64,000 nt of DNA, taken from Octopus vulgaris. Lineage: Eukaryota. The position numbers and the translations under genes are program-made. The stretch lies in assembly GCA_951406725.2 (NCBI GenBank), contig OX597824.1, forward strand, positions 20,770,001-20,834,000, written 5' to 3'. How positions within the stretch are numbered: the stretch's first letter is position 1; each line of letters opens with the position of its first letter. Shown piece after piece: positions 1-12,862 of this stretch. Below the pieces are notes generated by a model. That model had not been told where the DNA came from and ran no database searches. It worked only from the letters and a program-made list of their open reading frames with translations.

Positions 1-28
1 CTATCTATCTATCTATCTATCTATCTAA

Positions 29-249
29 TGGCTGAAACATTAGCGCACCGGGCGAAATGCTTAGTGGTATTTCGTCTGTCATTACGTTCTGAGTACAAAT
101 TCCGCCAAGATCAACTTTGCCTTTCACCCTTTTGGGGTCGATAAAAAAAGTACCAGTTTCGCACTGGGGTTGATGTAATCGACTTAATCCCTTTGTCTGT
201 CCTTGTTTGTCCCCTCTGTGTTTAGCCCCATGTGGGCAGTAAAGAAATA
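29..249 (+). mobile_element. SINE family B (tRNA-like head, Deu/Nin-like central domain)
   Basis: Matches the copies at 59376, 40575, 35112 and 27118 (gcctttcatcctttcggggtcgataaa..agtaccag core, agtaaagaaata tail). Confidence 0.8.
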
Positions 250-469
250 TATCTATCTATCTATCTATCTGTCTCACACACAAACAGCTCAAAACTAAAT
301 AGATATGCCTCATTATATATATGGGAGCTAATCATTTGTACAATGTCCTAATAGATTAGCTAAATACTAGATTTAAATGTATCAAATGACATCATTTTCT
401 TTCTAGAAATAGATCTTTCAGGAATGAAGGTGTCTATTTACTTTTGTTGATGTCTGTGTTCATATATAT

Positions 470-793
470 TCTTTTACTTGTTTTAGTCATTTGACTGCAG
501 CCATGTTGAAGCATCGCCTTTAGCCTAGCAAATCAACCCTATGACTTATTCTTTGTACTCCTAGTACTTATTCTATCGGTTGTCAAGCAATGTTGGTGGG
601 AGAGGGCAAACACACACACACATATATATATGACGGGCTTTTTTCAGTTTCCATCTACCAAATCCACTCACGAGGCTTTGGTCGGCCCAAGGCTATAGCA
701 GACAACACATGCCCAAGGTGCCACACAGTGTGACTGAACCCAGAAGCATGTGGTAAGTAAGCAAGCTACTTACCACACAGCCACTCCTGCGCC
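470..793 (-). mobile_element. SINE family A (tRNA-derived, CORE-like ccttgggcaagt), internally deleted copy
   Basis: Aligns by eye to the full copy at 43602-44004. Confidence 0.8.
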
Positions 794-1995
794 TACTTAT
801 ATATATAGGGAGAATTCACAAAAAAACAGAAGACAAAGACAGGTGGTGTAGACAACAAACAGATGTATTAGTATAACTCTCAGGAAGTGAAAAAGTCTAA
901 CATTTCGAGCCTACACTCTTCCACGGAAAGGAACACAAAAAGAAACAAGGAGAGAAAATAAAGAATGTGTAGGGGCTAGCGATCTATCATGGCAAAAGCC
1001 GGACAGGGTAACACAGGAGAGCTGGGAGAAGGGGAGATAATAAAGTAGTGGTGATCCCAAAACGAAGGTGCACATGCGTGTGTATAAGAGAATTTGTATA
1101 TGTGTGGAAGAGGGCTGGTGATCTTGACGTGTGCATGTGTGTATGTGTAAGTGTGAAAATGTGGGACTGTGCAGTGGTCAGTGCTGGTGTGTTGTGATGT
1201 GTTGTGTGGTATGGCAGTGTAGTGGTGTGTGGTGTTGTGTGTTGGTATTGGGATGCGAGGGAGGTGAGAGTAGGGAAAGCAAGGGTGGGGTGTGGGTTAG
1301 GCTGAGGGTAGGGGTAAAGGTGGGGTATGTGGGAGTGGGTGTAAGGGATGGGGTGGGTGGGATGAGGAAGGATAGGGAAGCTGGGGGTGGAATGTGTAGG
1401 GGTGGGGTGGGCTTACACACACAAAACATAGATGTTTGGAAAACCTTTGAGCTGTGTCAAAAAGGAGTTGAGCATAAAATGTAGTTGATGTCAATGAATG
1501 AAAATGGAGATAAGATATTGAATTACTTTACTTAGGTTGCTTAACCCTTTAGCATTTAGATTACTTTATCAAATGTTATGGTTATACATTTGCATTCTTT
1601 CAGATTAACCATGGATTATCTTGTATCTTCGTGATTTCAAATGATGTAACTGTTTACTTTTAAAATAACATGGTAGGGTAGGTGTGAGAGGTTGAATCTG
1701 GCCGGTTAGAACATAAAGCAGGTAGAATATTCTGGCCGGATATGGCTGGTTTGACTGCTAAATGTTTAATGATCTTAAAAAATTTAGGGAAAAATTCTCC
1801 TTTTCAAATATAGGAAAGAAAATAATGAGAGATTAGATAGCTATACAATTATAATTTATATAAATCATAAGGGCTCACAAGGCACCTACCCTCCTACTGT
1901 TGATTTTCTGTCATATTCTTCAGTGTTGTAGGTGCCTTGTGCGCCCTAATGATTTTATATATATATATATATATATTTATATATTTATTTATATT

Positions 1996-2028
<33 letters not shown>

Positions 2029-2790
2029 ATATATTTATTTGTATTTATATATATTTATATATATATTTATTTGTATTTATATATACTTATATATATTTAT
2101 TTATATATATATATATATTCAACTTTACTTATTTTACTGGTTGTGATTATTAGACTATAACCATGCTTGGCAATCTGCTACAACTGCTATCACAAACCAC
2201 CACTTTCTCTAACAACACTATGACTACTACTCCTACTACTACTACTACCACCACCACCACACCACTGCAAGTATCTCCACCACCACTGCTGCTGCCACCA
2301 CTTCACAACCTCTACCATTGCTACTACGGCTGCTACTGTTAATTACTGCAATCAGTACCACTCAAACCACCAGCTCCGCTCCCACCACTTCTACCACTAC
2401 TACTGCTACTAATAGTTCTGCCAATACAACCACATCTACACACCACCACCTCCATCACCACCACCGCCGCCTCTATGATAACTATTTAGCATTTAACAAG
2501 ATGCTAATTATCTTGTAGTGTATGTCCCAGTCACAAGTTAGCAACATATTTTTTTCTAAAACTCATTATACGGTTATTGAAAAAGTTCTTTGAATTCCTC
2601 CTCTTGAAGCCTTTTAAACTATAATTACAGCAACCAATTGACATTGCTGAAGCATCTAAAGAAGACCTTTTAGTTTTTCATTCTGCGTTGTGAAATTATT
2701 TTCGAAAACTATGTCTCTCTCTCTCTTTCACAAACAACAGGCACCTCAGTATTTATATACATCCACAGAGACAATAGACTTTTGCAAATA

Positions 2791-2970
2791 TTCATCATCA
2801 TCGTCATCGTCGTCGTCGACATCATCATCATCATCATCACTGCCATCATCGTCAGCATCACCACCACCGCTGTCATAATCATCATCATCATCTCTATCGT
2901 CATCATCATCACCATAGTTGTCATCATCGTCATCATCAGCAGCAGCATCACTGCCATCACTGTCATCATC

Positions 2971-3004
<34 letters not shown>

Positions 3005-3283
3005 CTATCGTTGTCATCATCATCACCATCGTCATTGTCATCATCACCATAGTTGTCGTCACCGTCGTCGTCGTCGTCATCACCACCGCCATCATCATCA
3101 TCACTATCGTCGTCGTCGTCATCACCATAGTTGTCGTCATCATCATCATTACCATTGTTGTCATTACTGTCGTCATCGTCATCGCCATCATCGTTGTCAT
3201 CGTCATCACCGTCATTGTCATCTTCATCGTTATCATCATCACCATTGTCGACATTATCATCTTCATCATCAACATCTTTATCC
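2791..3283. repeat. Degenerate (CAT/CGT)n trinucleotide tract
   Basis: Direct reading. Produces spurious poly-D/M/I/S ORFs in several frames. Confidence 0.9.
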
Positions 3284-3669
3284 AGTAGTCTTGTTCTTTT
3301 ATTGTGTCCTTCCACTGCACCACCAAGCACAATTCTGTGTGCTTTGGGTATGTGCTGTGGTTCATTTCAGTCTTATTATTTCTGCCATACTGTAAGTACT
3401 CTATATGCAATACGTGTCCTACCCAGAAGTGCTGTTTTCTCTACATTATATTTAGTTGTAGGTTTTAGCTATGTATTTATCTTTTATCTTTTACTTGTTT
3501 CAGTGATTTGATTGTGGCCATGCTGGGGCACCTCTTGGAAAGCTTTTAGTCGAACAAATAGACCCAGGGCTTATTTTTGAAAGCCTAGTACTTATTCTTA
3601 AAAACAGAAAGATAATATATGTTGAATAATGTACAGTGAGTTACACTATCTGAATAATACTTTCATATG

Positions 3670-4320
3670 CGTATGGATGAGGACAGCTGTGTGGAGAAGT
3701 GTCACACCCTAACAATGGAGGGAACCTGTGGAAGAGGTAGACCTAGGAAGACCTAGGATGAGGTGGTGAAACATGACTTTCAAACTTTGGGCCTCATGGA
3801 GGCAATGACAAGTGACCAAGACCTTTGGAGATATACTGTGCTTGAGATGATCCAGCGAGCCAAGTGAGATCGTAGCCATGACCGATGCCAGTATTGCATA
3901 ACTGGCCCGTTTAAAAATACTCTTCAATTGTCAGGCAATATGCTGTGCTTGAGAAGACCTGTTGAGTCAAGTGAAATCATTGTCATGGCCGATGCCAGCA
4001 CCACCTGACTGGCACCATTTGAGTGTGGTCGATGCCAGTGCCGCCTGACTGGCTCCTGTGCCAGTGATACATGAAAAGTACCATTCAAGTGTAGTCAATG
4101 CCAGTGCCACCTGACTGGCCCCCATACCAGTGGCACGTAAATGCACCCACTGCAGTCTCAGAGTGGTTGATGTTAGGAAGAGCATCCAGCTGTAGAAACC
4201 TTGCCAGATCAGATTGGAGCCTGGTGCAGCCTCCTGGTTTGCCAGTCCTCAGTCAAGCCATCCAGCACATGCCAGCATGGAAAGCAGACATTAAACGATG
4301 ATGATGGTGATGATGATGAT
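3670..4320 (+). mobile_element. RTE-clade LINE 3' fragment (ORF C-terminus, 3'UTR, (GAT)n tail)
   Basis: Translates to RMDEDSCVEKCHTLTMEGTCGRGRPRKT*DEVVKHD...DQDLWR, like the RTE C-terminal GRPRKTW..DR..WR motif. Ends in (GAT)n. The same 3'UTR recurs at 7650-7970, 8262-9097, 11447-11750 and 20850-21105. Confidence 0.8.
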
Positions 4321-4825
4321 TTTTGGCACAATGCCAGCAATTTTAAAGGAAGGAGTAAGTCGATCACACCAACTCCCATTGCTCGACTGGTACTTATTTT
4401 ACTGACCTCTGAAAGGATCAAAGACAAAGCTGACCTCAGTGACATTTGAACTCTCATAAGGTAAAGCCAGAAGAAATGCCAAGCCACTAAACATTTCATC
4501 TGAAGTGCTAACAATGCTGCCAGCTCTCACTATTATTTTTCTTCTAGTTAACCCTTTCACTGTGAAATTAAATTCCATGGTTATTCCAGTAATGGTGTTA
4601 AATATCCATCAAAAAATAGAACTGGTATTTTCTGCAAGCCACATTGCCTCAATAAACTTGACATTTCTCAACAGAAGCATGACATTCCTCAAATGATAGA
4701 TTGGTTTATAAAACCCGGTCTCCGCAGTTAAGGGTCATGAATTGTCGAGTGGATATGTCTACTTTTTCTATTAACCCTTTAGTATTCAAATTACACTGCC
4801 AAATGTAATGCTCATTTATTATTGT

Positions 4826-5305
4826 TTAACCCTTTCATTACCAATCCGGCTGAAACCGGCTCTTACTCTGAGTACATATGTCTTGTTTTCATAAGTTTTG
4901 AATCAGCATCTTCCCCCAAACCTTAGCCACAATTTATGTTCCTAACACTAGCTTAATGATAACTAAGTTATTTACTAAATTCTTTGTTATATTTTAAATT
5001 AATTGAAAGAAACACAGAGCATCTCAACAGAAATGTGGTAACAAAAGGGTTAAAATATATAATAGAGAAACAATTCTTAACCCTTTTGATACCAACCCAG
5101 CTGAAATCATTTCTGGCTCTGTAGTACAAATGTCTTGTTTCCAAAAGTTCTGAATTAAAATCTTCCACCCAACCTTAGTCACAATTTACGTTCCTAACAC
5201 TAGCTGAATGATAACCAAGTTATTTTAGTAAATTCTTTGTTATATTTAAAATTAATTGAAAGAAACACAGAGCATCTCAAAATAAATACAGTAACGAAAG
5301 GGTTA
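4826..5305 (+). mobile_element. Dimer of a ~225-bp piggyBac-like MITE (TTAA|CCCTT...AAGGG|TTAA), nested in an older TTAA element (4771-5635)
   Basis: Two copies with short TIRs and TTAA flanks separated by a ~24-bp spacer. The host element resembles 1541-1769. Confidence 0.75.
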
Positions 5306-5969
5306 AAATTACCGTATTTCAATGTGTATAAGGAACCCATTTTTGTCAAAAATTAGGTGTAAAAAATATGGGTGCTTCTTATGAATAGCACTATAATCCC
5401 TTACAAAACCTTTTTTCCAAATTTTAGCCCCCAAAATTAAGGGGTTCCTTATATACATTAAGATACAGTAATCTTGCATTATCTCAATGTTTTGAGAGTT
5501 TGATGATGTAATTGTTTATTTTTAGAATGACAATGTAGGGTTGGTACAAGAGGCCGAATCTGGCCACCTCGAACATAAAACAGATAAAATATTTGGGCTG
5601 CATACGGCTCGGTTTTTAAATGCTTAAAAAGTTAAAAACTTTGGTAAATTTTTGACAGCTGGAAACTGAACATTTTGAGCTTTTCCTTTATCACCGATGT
5701 TAAAACAACACAGAAATATTGAGGGGTGTGGAAGAGAGAATGTACTATAAGGTTAGGGGGTACTTTTTCTGTAGGGTGAAGAAGGGGAAGGTTTAGATGG
5801 TGTTTCACGCCATTTTATTGAGTTATTGTAAAATAAATATTTTATATGATTATAAACAAGGATTTCAACATCAACAGAAATAGGCTGGGATATTCTCAAC
5901 TTCTTACGAAGAAGAAAAACAGAAAACAAAATCTTTTTTCTTCATTTGTTTATCTGTTGGTCTGTCTAT

Positions 5970-6495
5970 TTGCCTTTCTCTCTCTCTCACCCTTTCTCTC
6001 TTTCTCTCATCACTTATCTTCTCTCTCTTCCTTCCTCGCCACCTATCTCTCTCTTTCTCTTGTCATCTCTCCCTGTCGCTTTTCTTCTGTATCCCTCCCT
6101 CTTTCTCTCTTCTCTCACTCTCTCTATTCTTTCCCCACTTATCCTCCCTCTCTCTCTCTTCTCTTCCCACTTATCTTTTCTCTTTTCCTCCCTCCCACCA
6201 TTCTCTTTCTCTCTTCCTCCCTCCCCACCATTCTCTCTCTTCCTCCCTCCCACCATTCTCTCTCTCTTCCTCCTCCCACCATTCTCTCTCTCTTCCTCCT
6301 CCTACCATTTTCTCTCTTTCTTCCTCCTTCCCGACCATTCTCTCTCTCTCTCTCTTCCTTCCCACCATCTTCTCTCTTCCTCCCTCCCTACCATTCTCTC
6401 TCTCTTCCTCCCTCCCCACCATTCTCTCTCTCTTCCTCCCTCCCGAGCATTCTCTCTCTCTCTCTTCCTCCCCCCCACCATTCTCTCTCTCCCGC
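5970..6495. repeat. CT-rich degenerate minisatellite (~30-bp ccattctctctctcttcctccctccca unit)
   Basis: Direct reading. Confidence 0.8.
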
Positions 6496-6560
6496 CATTT
6501 TCACATTTACACATTTTCTGTATTTATTATTCAATCTTATGGAAGATTATTATTTACCAT

Positions 6561-6624
<64 letters not shown>

Positions 6625-7084
6625 CCCTTGTCTTCCATCTGGGGTTCCAAAACCCACATTATCTGGGTGCCATATGGGAAGTATTGGCAGCTAACAGGGT
6701 GGCCATGTAAGGTGGGTCCCTGACACATAAAAATAGGTACCATATGTTTTTACAAACTGTATCACTGCAAAGGCAGCAAAACATACCTTTCGAGATAATG
6801 GCAATGTGCAACCAGACTTTCTGCAATTTGCTGCACAACTTCATCTGCTTTTTGCACCGTTTCTATTTATAAAGAAAACACTCTTATGCGAATGTTAATA
6901 TTTAATTTCTCTTGGAGAGGCAGAAATGGTAATACAAAAGATTTGATGCCATATTAAGCCATTACATGTTTAGTTGTGTTCTGAAGAAACTTTTGTCCAT
7001 CATTCATCTGTGGTTAGTAAATTAAATACCGGGCATATACTGAGGTGGGTTTAATTTACTTTTCTCTTTCATATGTGTTTGTTT

Positions 7085-7142
<58 letters not shown>

Positions 7143-7220
7143 AAAAAAGAAGTTTGAAAATGCTACTATAAAAGATAAATTTTAATTTTCTTAGAGATTT
7201 TACATGTTTCGGTTCTTACT

Positions 7221-7606
7221 CTCTTTACTCTTTTACTCTTTTACTTGTTTCAGTCATTTGACTGCGGCCATGCTGGAGCACCGCTTTTAATCGACCAACT
7301 CGATCCCGGGTCTTATTCTTTTGTAAGCCTAGTACTTATTCTATCAGTCTCTTTGCCGAACCGCTAAGTAACGGGGACATAAACACACCAGCATCGGTTG
7401 TCAAGCAATGTTGGGAGGGGACAAACACAGACACACACATACATACACATATATATACATATATACGACGGGCTTCTTTCAGTTTCTGTCTACCAAATCC
7501 ACTCACAAGGCTTTGGTCGGCCCGAGGCTATAGTAGTAGACACTCACCCGAGGTGTCACGCAGTGGGACTGAACCCGGAACCATGTGGTTGGTCACACAG
7601 CCACTC
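7221..7606 (-). mobile_element. SINE family A copy
   Basis: Near full-length match to 43602-44004. Confidence 0.85.
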
Positions 7607-8261
7607 CACCTTATCAAAAATATTTTTATATATATATACATACCGGCAGATGTGCCAGTGGCACATGAAAAACAACATTTGAGTGTGGTCATTGCCAGTG
7701 CCGCCGGACTGGCTCCCGTGCAGGTAACACATAAAAACACCTTTTGAGTGTGGTCATTGCCAGAACTGCCTGACTGGCCCTCGTACTGGTGGCATGTAAA
7801 AAGCACCCACTACACTCTCAGAGCAGTTGGTGTTAGGAAGGACATCCAGCTGTAGAAACTTTGCTAGATCAGATTGAGCCTGGTGCGGCCTTTGGCTTAC
7901 CAGTTCTCAGTCAAACCGTCCAACCCATGCCAGCATGGAAAGTGGACATTAAACGATGATGATGATGTTGATATATTTATACATACATGGGTATAAGGCA
8001 TCACCAACTGTAAACAACATGAAGTACAAAAATAAATGAGTTGAATACGCGAACGAGAGAAAAAAATGATGAAAAATGGGATGAGTAACACAAAGAACGG
8101 CCGTTCATTAGTTGTCAGCTTTGTTTTCATACTTCATGTTGTTTACAGTTGGTGATGTCCTGTACCCATATATGCATATGTGTATATATATATATATTAT
8201 TCATATTATTATTTAATTGAACACCACGCATCCATTTCCAAATATATATATATATATATAT

Positions 8262-9051
8262 CATCATCATCATCATCATCATCATCATTTAACGTCCGCT
8301 TTCCATGCTAGCATGGGTTGGACGGTTCAACTGGGGTCTGGGGAGCCCGAAAGCTGCACCAGTCCAGTCAGATCTGGCAGTGTTTCTACAGCTGGATGCC
8401 CTTCCTAACACCAACCACTCCGAGAGTGTAGTGGGTGATTTTATGTGCCACCGACACAGGTGCCAGACGAGGCTGGCAAACGGCCACGCTCGGATGGTGT
8501 TTTTTTATGTGCCACCGACACAGGTGCCAGACGAGGCTGGCAGACGGCCACGCTCGGATGGTGTTTTTATGTGCCACCGACACAGGTGCCAGATGAGGCT
8601 GGCAAACGGCCACGATCGGATGGTGCTTGTTACGTGCCCACAGCACGGAGGCCAGTCGATGCGGTACTGGCTACGGCCACGTTCGGATGGTTTTCTTGTG
8701 TGCCACGTGCCACCGGCACTGGTACCACAAAGATACAAATTCCATTGATGTTCATCTATTTTGATTTGTTTTGATTTTCACTTGCCTCAACAGGTCTTCA
8801 CAAGTGTCACAAGAAGGAAGGTATGCACAGGTGGACTGACTACGTCCCAGGTAGGGGCCATGGGTTATGGCCTGACTAGTCTTGCCGGGTCTTCGGATGG
8901 TGTTTTTATGTGCCACCGACACAGGTGCTAGATGAGGCTGGCGAACGGCCACGATCGGATGGTGTTTGTCATGTGCCCACCGCACTGACTACAGCACTGA
9001 TGGATTTCTTGTGTGCCACAGGCACTGGTACCACAAGATACAAATTCCATA

Positions 9052-9094
<43 letters not shown>

Positions 9095-9097
9095 TTA
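8262..9097 (-). mobile_element. RTE 3'UTR-derived insertion with internal ~64-bp tandem repeats
   Basis: (CAT)n tail on the + strand. Three to four copies of ttttatgtgccaccgacacaggtgccagacgaggctggc...cggatggtg. Flanked by a long direct repeat. Confidence 0.7.
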
Positions 9098-9125
9098 ATT
9101 TAATTGAACACCACGCATCCATTTC

Positions 9126-9162
<37 letters not shown>

Positions 9163-10012
9163 GAAATTTACAGAAAAACAAGACAAACACAAGTGTATGA
9201 ACAACAAACAGATGTGTTAGTTTGATGCCCAGGAAAGTGAGAAAGTCTTTTTACGTTTCGAGCCTACGCTCTTCAACAGAAAGGAATAAGAGAGAATAAA
9301 AAAAAACTTTTGGATTTAGCTGTCCAGTATAGTGACTGGTTGGATTCAGATGAAACTTTCAGGGATGCCTGGCCTTGTGACTGGCACAGTCTCATTAGAT
9401 TTTGGGATTGATCCAGTACTGGACAAGGATTCTGGATTATTTTTCTGATTTTTTTTTACTTTGCAATGTATATGTAAAGTTTCACATAGTTCTATTGTAC
9501 ACACACACACACACACATACACACATATACACATTTTCAGCATTGAACATTACCATCCCATTTCCATTGTACACATACATGCATGCAAGCATACCTCTCT
9601 TTTACATACGCATATACTCACACTTCAAATGCCGTTTATTGGATTTTTCACTCCTTCCTTCATCTATCACCCCCTTCTTTGCTCATTCATATGATGCTCT
9701 CTTTGTCACTTCATTTCATCTTTCTTATTGTCATTACTTTCTCTCACTCCCTCTCAATCATGGCTATTACTCTCACAACTTCTCCTTCACTGTATTAGTA
9801 TTTCATCTTCTCTCCCTTCAACTCTTACTCAATATATATATATATTTGGATTATTTTTCCGTTTGAGAGCAGTCGGGTTCGTTTTTAGTATTCTTGTTTG
9901 TGAGAGCAGTCCAGTTTATTTCAGATATTCTCATTTTAAAAATCATCACCGGCTAATTGTTGTAAGGACATTGGTGTTGCCTTGGCAGAGGTTTGCGCTC
10001 TCCGAGTGCTTG

Positions 10013-10079
<67 letters not shown>

Positions 10080-10092
10080 CATCATCATTATT

Positions 10093-10409
10093 ATTGCCTT
10101 TGCACAGCTTCTAACACCGGAGATGTGCTACAATGTCAGCTGTTCACTATGTAGTGAACTAAGGTAACACCTCTTATTTTTCAAGCACCTTCCAGAGTAT
10201 TCAAGCAGTTCCAAGCAGTGCTGTTTTCTGCAAGTGCTCCACCCTTATTGCAGCCCCTATTTGTTCCATGTACTTATCAAGATTTTTACTCACTGTTCCC
10301 AGGGCTCTGACAATTATTGGTACTACTATCACCTTTTTCATCGACCAAAACTGCTTAACCTCCCAAGCTAACCCGTCATATCTATCGACTTTTCTTTCTT
10401 CCTTATTGC

Positions 10410-10410
<1 letters not shown>
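10093..10410 (-). mobile_element. R4/Dong-like (RLE-type) non-LTR retrotransposon, 5'-truncated 3' end, inserted in (TAA)n
   Basis: Minus-strand translation RNKEERKVDRYDGLAWEVKQFWSMKKVIVVPIIVRALGTVSKNL...LQKTALLGTA*ILWKVLEK* resembles the RLE C-terminus. (TTA)n lies on both sides. Confidence 0.75.
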
Positions 10411-10448
<38 letters not shown>

Positions 10449-12019
10449 GTTGTTGTTGTTGTTGAGTGAGAGAGCAGTGCATGCCATCAAAGTGACACTG
10501 GGGTAAAATATACGAAGCCCAGTATACCCATCATGACTACCTGTCTGATAAGGGTACACTAGGCACATGCATTACAACCATATGTGCGCAACATGGTGAT
10601 CTCATATCAAGATAAACAGCACATGACCTTGCAGGTGGGGGCCCAGTTAGAATTTGCTTCAGGTCGAGTAGCCCATCCCGCTCAAAAGGTCCCTGAATAA
10701 GGATTGTTTAAGGATGTTGAACGAACCACCCATGTTACCAGATGTTAATTATTCAAACCCCAAAGAATCCCTCTCAACACATGGTTATGATGCTCCCCCA
10801 CTACTTCTGCTCGTGATCAGAGATACACATATCGTCAGCCACTAAGGGACATGGTCAACTGGTTAAGATCAAACAACTGACAAGCAAATCTGTGGTATTG
10901 AGCAGAATATTTACTGTAGCCCATCTTTTTATACCAAGACAAAACTTATTATTATTATTATTATAGTTATTATTAATTTCTCTTTACAGAAGAGATAGGG
11001 TCTGCAAAGGTCATTGCATTGAATTTCCTCGCTTAATTAATTTATTAAACCAAAAACTAAAAGATAAATAAATAGATAATGAAAACACGATGCTAACAAA
11101 CTGAAACCATGACTTGTTTCCTGCTTCTCACTGAAAACTATTTCACATTATTTACATCCCTAATACCCTTGAGAAAAGCATACTTCCTGAAAAAATTATT
11201 TCCTTCTTTTAAAATATAAGTACTTGAGCCAAGAAGAGAAATTCCCATTATGGCAACAATTACATTTTGGTAACCTAGTGGATAATATTTTCCCATGTGT
11301 GAGTGTGTGTGTGTCTGTTTCATTTGCTCATTTCTCATCTGTCTTTCGCCATGCTAGTATGGGTTAGATCAGTAGTGCTTAACCATTTTTTGCCTATGGA
11401 CCCATTTGATTGCTATTCTATTCTTGTGAACATCCCAAAGTCATTTCCATCATCATCATCATCATCGTCGTTTAACGTCCGCTTTCCATGCTAGCATGGG
11501 TTGGACGATTTTGACTGAGGGCTGGCAAACCAGATGGCCACACCAGGCTCCAATCTTGATTTGGCAGAGTTTCTACAGCTGGATGCCCTTCCTAACGCCA
11601 ACCACTCCGAGAGTGTAGTGGGTGCTTTTTACGTGCCAGCCAGGCGGTACTGGCAATGACCTTGCTTGAAACTTTTTATGCATGCCACCGACACAGGTGC
11701 CAGTAAGGCGACGCTGGTAACAATCATGCTCGAATGGTGCCCTTTTACGTGTCTCTTCTAAATTCCTATTTTGTTTTTCACACATTAACCCGTGTAGGTT
11801 GAACAATGTAAAACAGAGAAAGAAACTGGGCTGTTTTTTGCCTAACAAACACATTTTTCGTGGAACCTTAGAATATTTATGTGGGTCCCCAATGTACTCT
11901 TTTGCTTGTTTGGGCCCCCAATAGTCTTATATGGACCCCAGTTTAGAACCACTGGATTAGATAAATAGTTCTATTATTTTATTCTTTCATTTGTTTCAGT
12001 CATTAAACTGCCATCTTAC

Positions 12020-12368
12020 CATCTTAATAATAATAATAATAAGAGTAATGATGATGATGATGATAATGATTTTGCATTATTATTATTATCATTATCATTA
12101 TTATTATTATCATTATTATTATTATCATTATTATTACTATTATTATTATTATTATTATTATTATCATTATTATCATTATTATTACTATTATTATCATTAT
12201 TATTACTATTATTATTATTACTATTATTATTATCATTATTATTATTATCATTATTATTACTATTATTATTATTATTATTATTATTATCATTATTATCATT
12301 ATTATTACTATTATTATCATTATTATTACTATTATTATTATTACTATTATTATTATCATTATTATTTC

Positions 12369-12407
<39 letters not shown>

Positions 12408-12490
12408 CATTATTATTATTACTATTATTATTACTACTACTACTACTATTATTATTATTATTATTTTATTATTATTATTATTATTACTGC
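12020..12490. repeat. (TAT/CAT/TAC)n trinucleotide tract
   Basis: Direct reading. Confidence 0.9.
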
Positions 12491-12780
12491 TACTCTTGTT
12501 ATAATTATTTAAGTTGAAAATGTAATTCTCTGAACTGTCTGCATTCATAATTCATTCTATTTATCTAGACAGGCTCCAGGGTGTAGACATCGGTGAAGAA
12601 GCCAAATAAATGTACCGATGCAATCTAATTATTTGGCCCTGGCCACACAAATCGTTTGCTTTATGTTGATCATCCACGCGTACAAACACATTTAATACCT
12701 GCATGTGTGTGTGTAATTCTGTGTATGTGTTTTGTGTTATATAAAAGCATGCTATATGTATATATGCTGGTATATATGTA

Positions 12781-12862
12781 TATATGCTGGCCAAGCAGTC
12801 TAAGGCACTGGTTTAAGGCACCAGTCTCTTTGGTGGCGTGGGTTCGAATCCCACCGCTGCCA
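12781..12862 (+). pseudogene. tRNA-Leu(AAG) pseudogene with the 5' acceptor strand replaced
   Basis: TGGCCAAGCAGTCTAAGGCA D-arm, CTGGT-TTAAGGC-ACCAG anticodon arm, long variable arm, GTGGGTTCGAATCCCAC T-arm, CGCTGCCA 3' end. The first 7 nt (tatatgc) cannot pair with the 3' acceptor strand. Confidence 0.85.

Noticed and set aside
2709-3410. Long poly-Asp/Met/Ile ORFs
   Set aside because: Trinucleotide microsatellite open in several frames on both strands, with no splice context or complex coding flanks.
5846-6710. 250-aa Leu/Ser/Pro ORFs
   Set aside because: The CT-rich repeat lacks stop codons by composition.
8440-8700. CRISPR-like periodicity
   Set aside because: Units are contiguous with no unique spacers, there are no cas genes, and the context is a eukaryotic retroelement.
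11991-12548. Poly-Tyr/Ile ORFs
   Set aside because: (TAT)n microsatellite.
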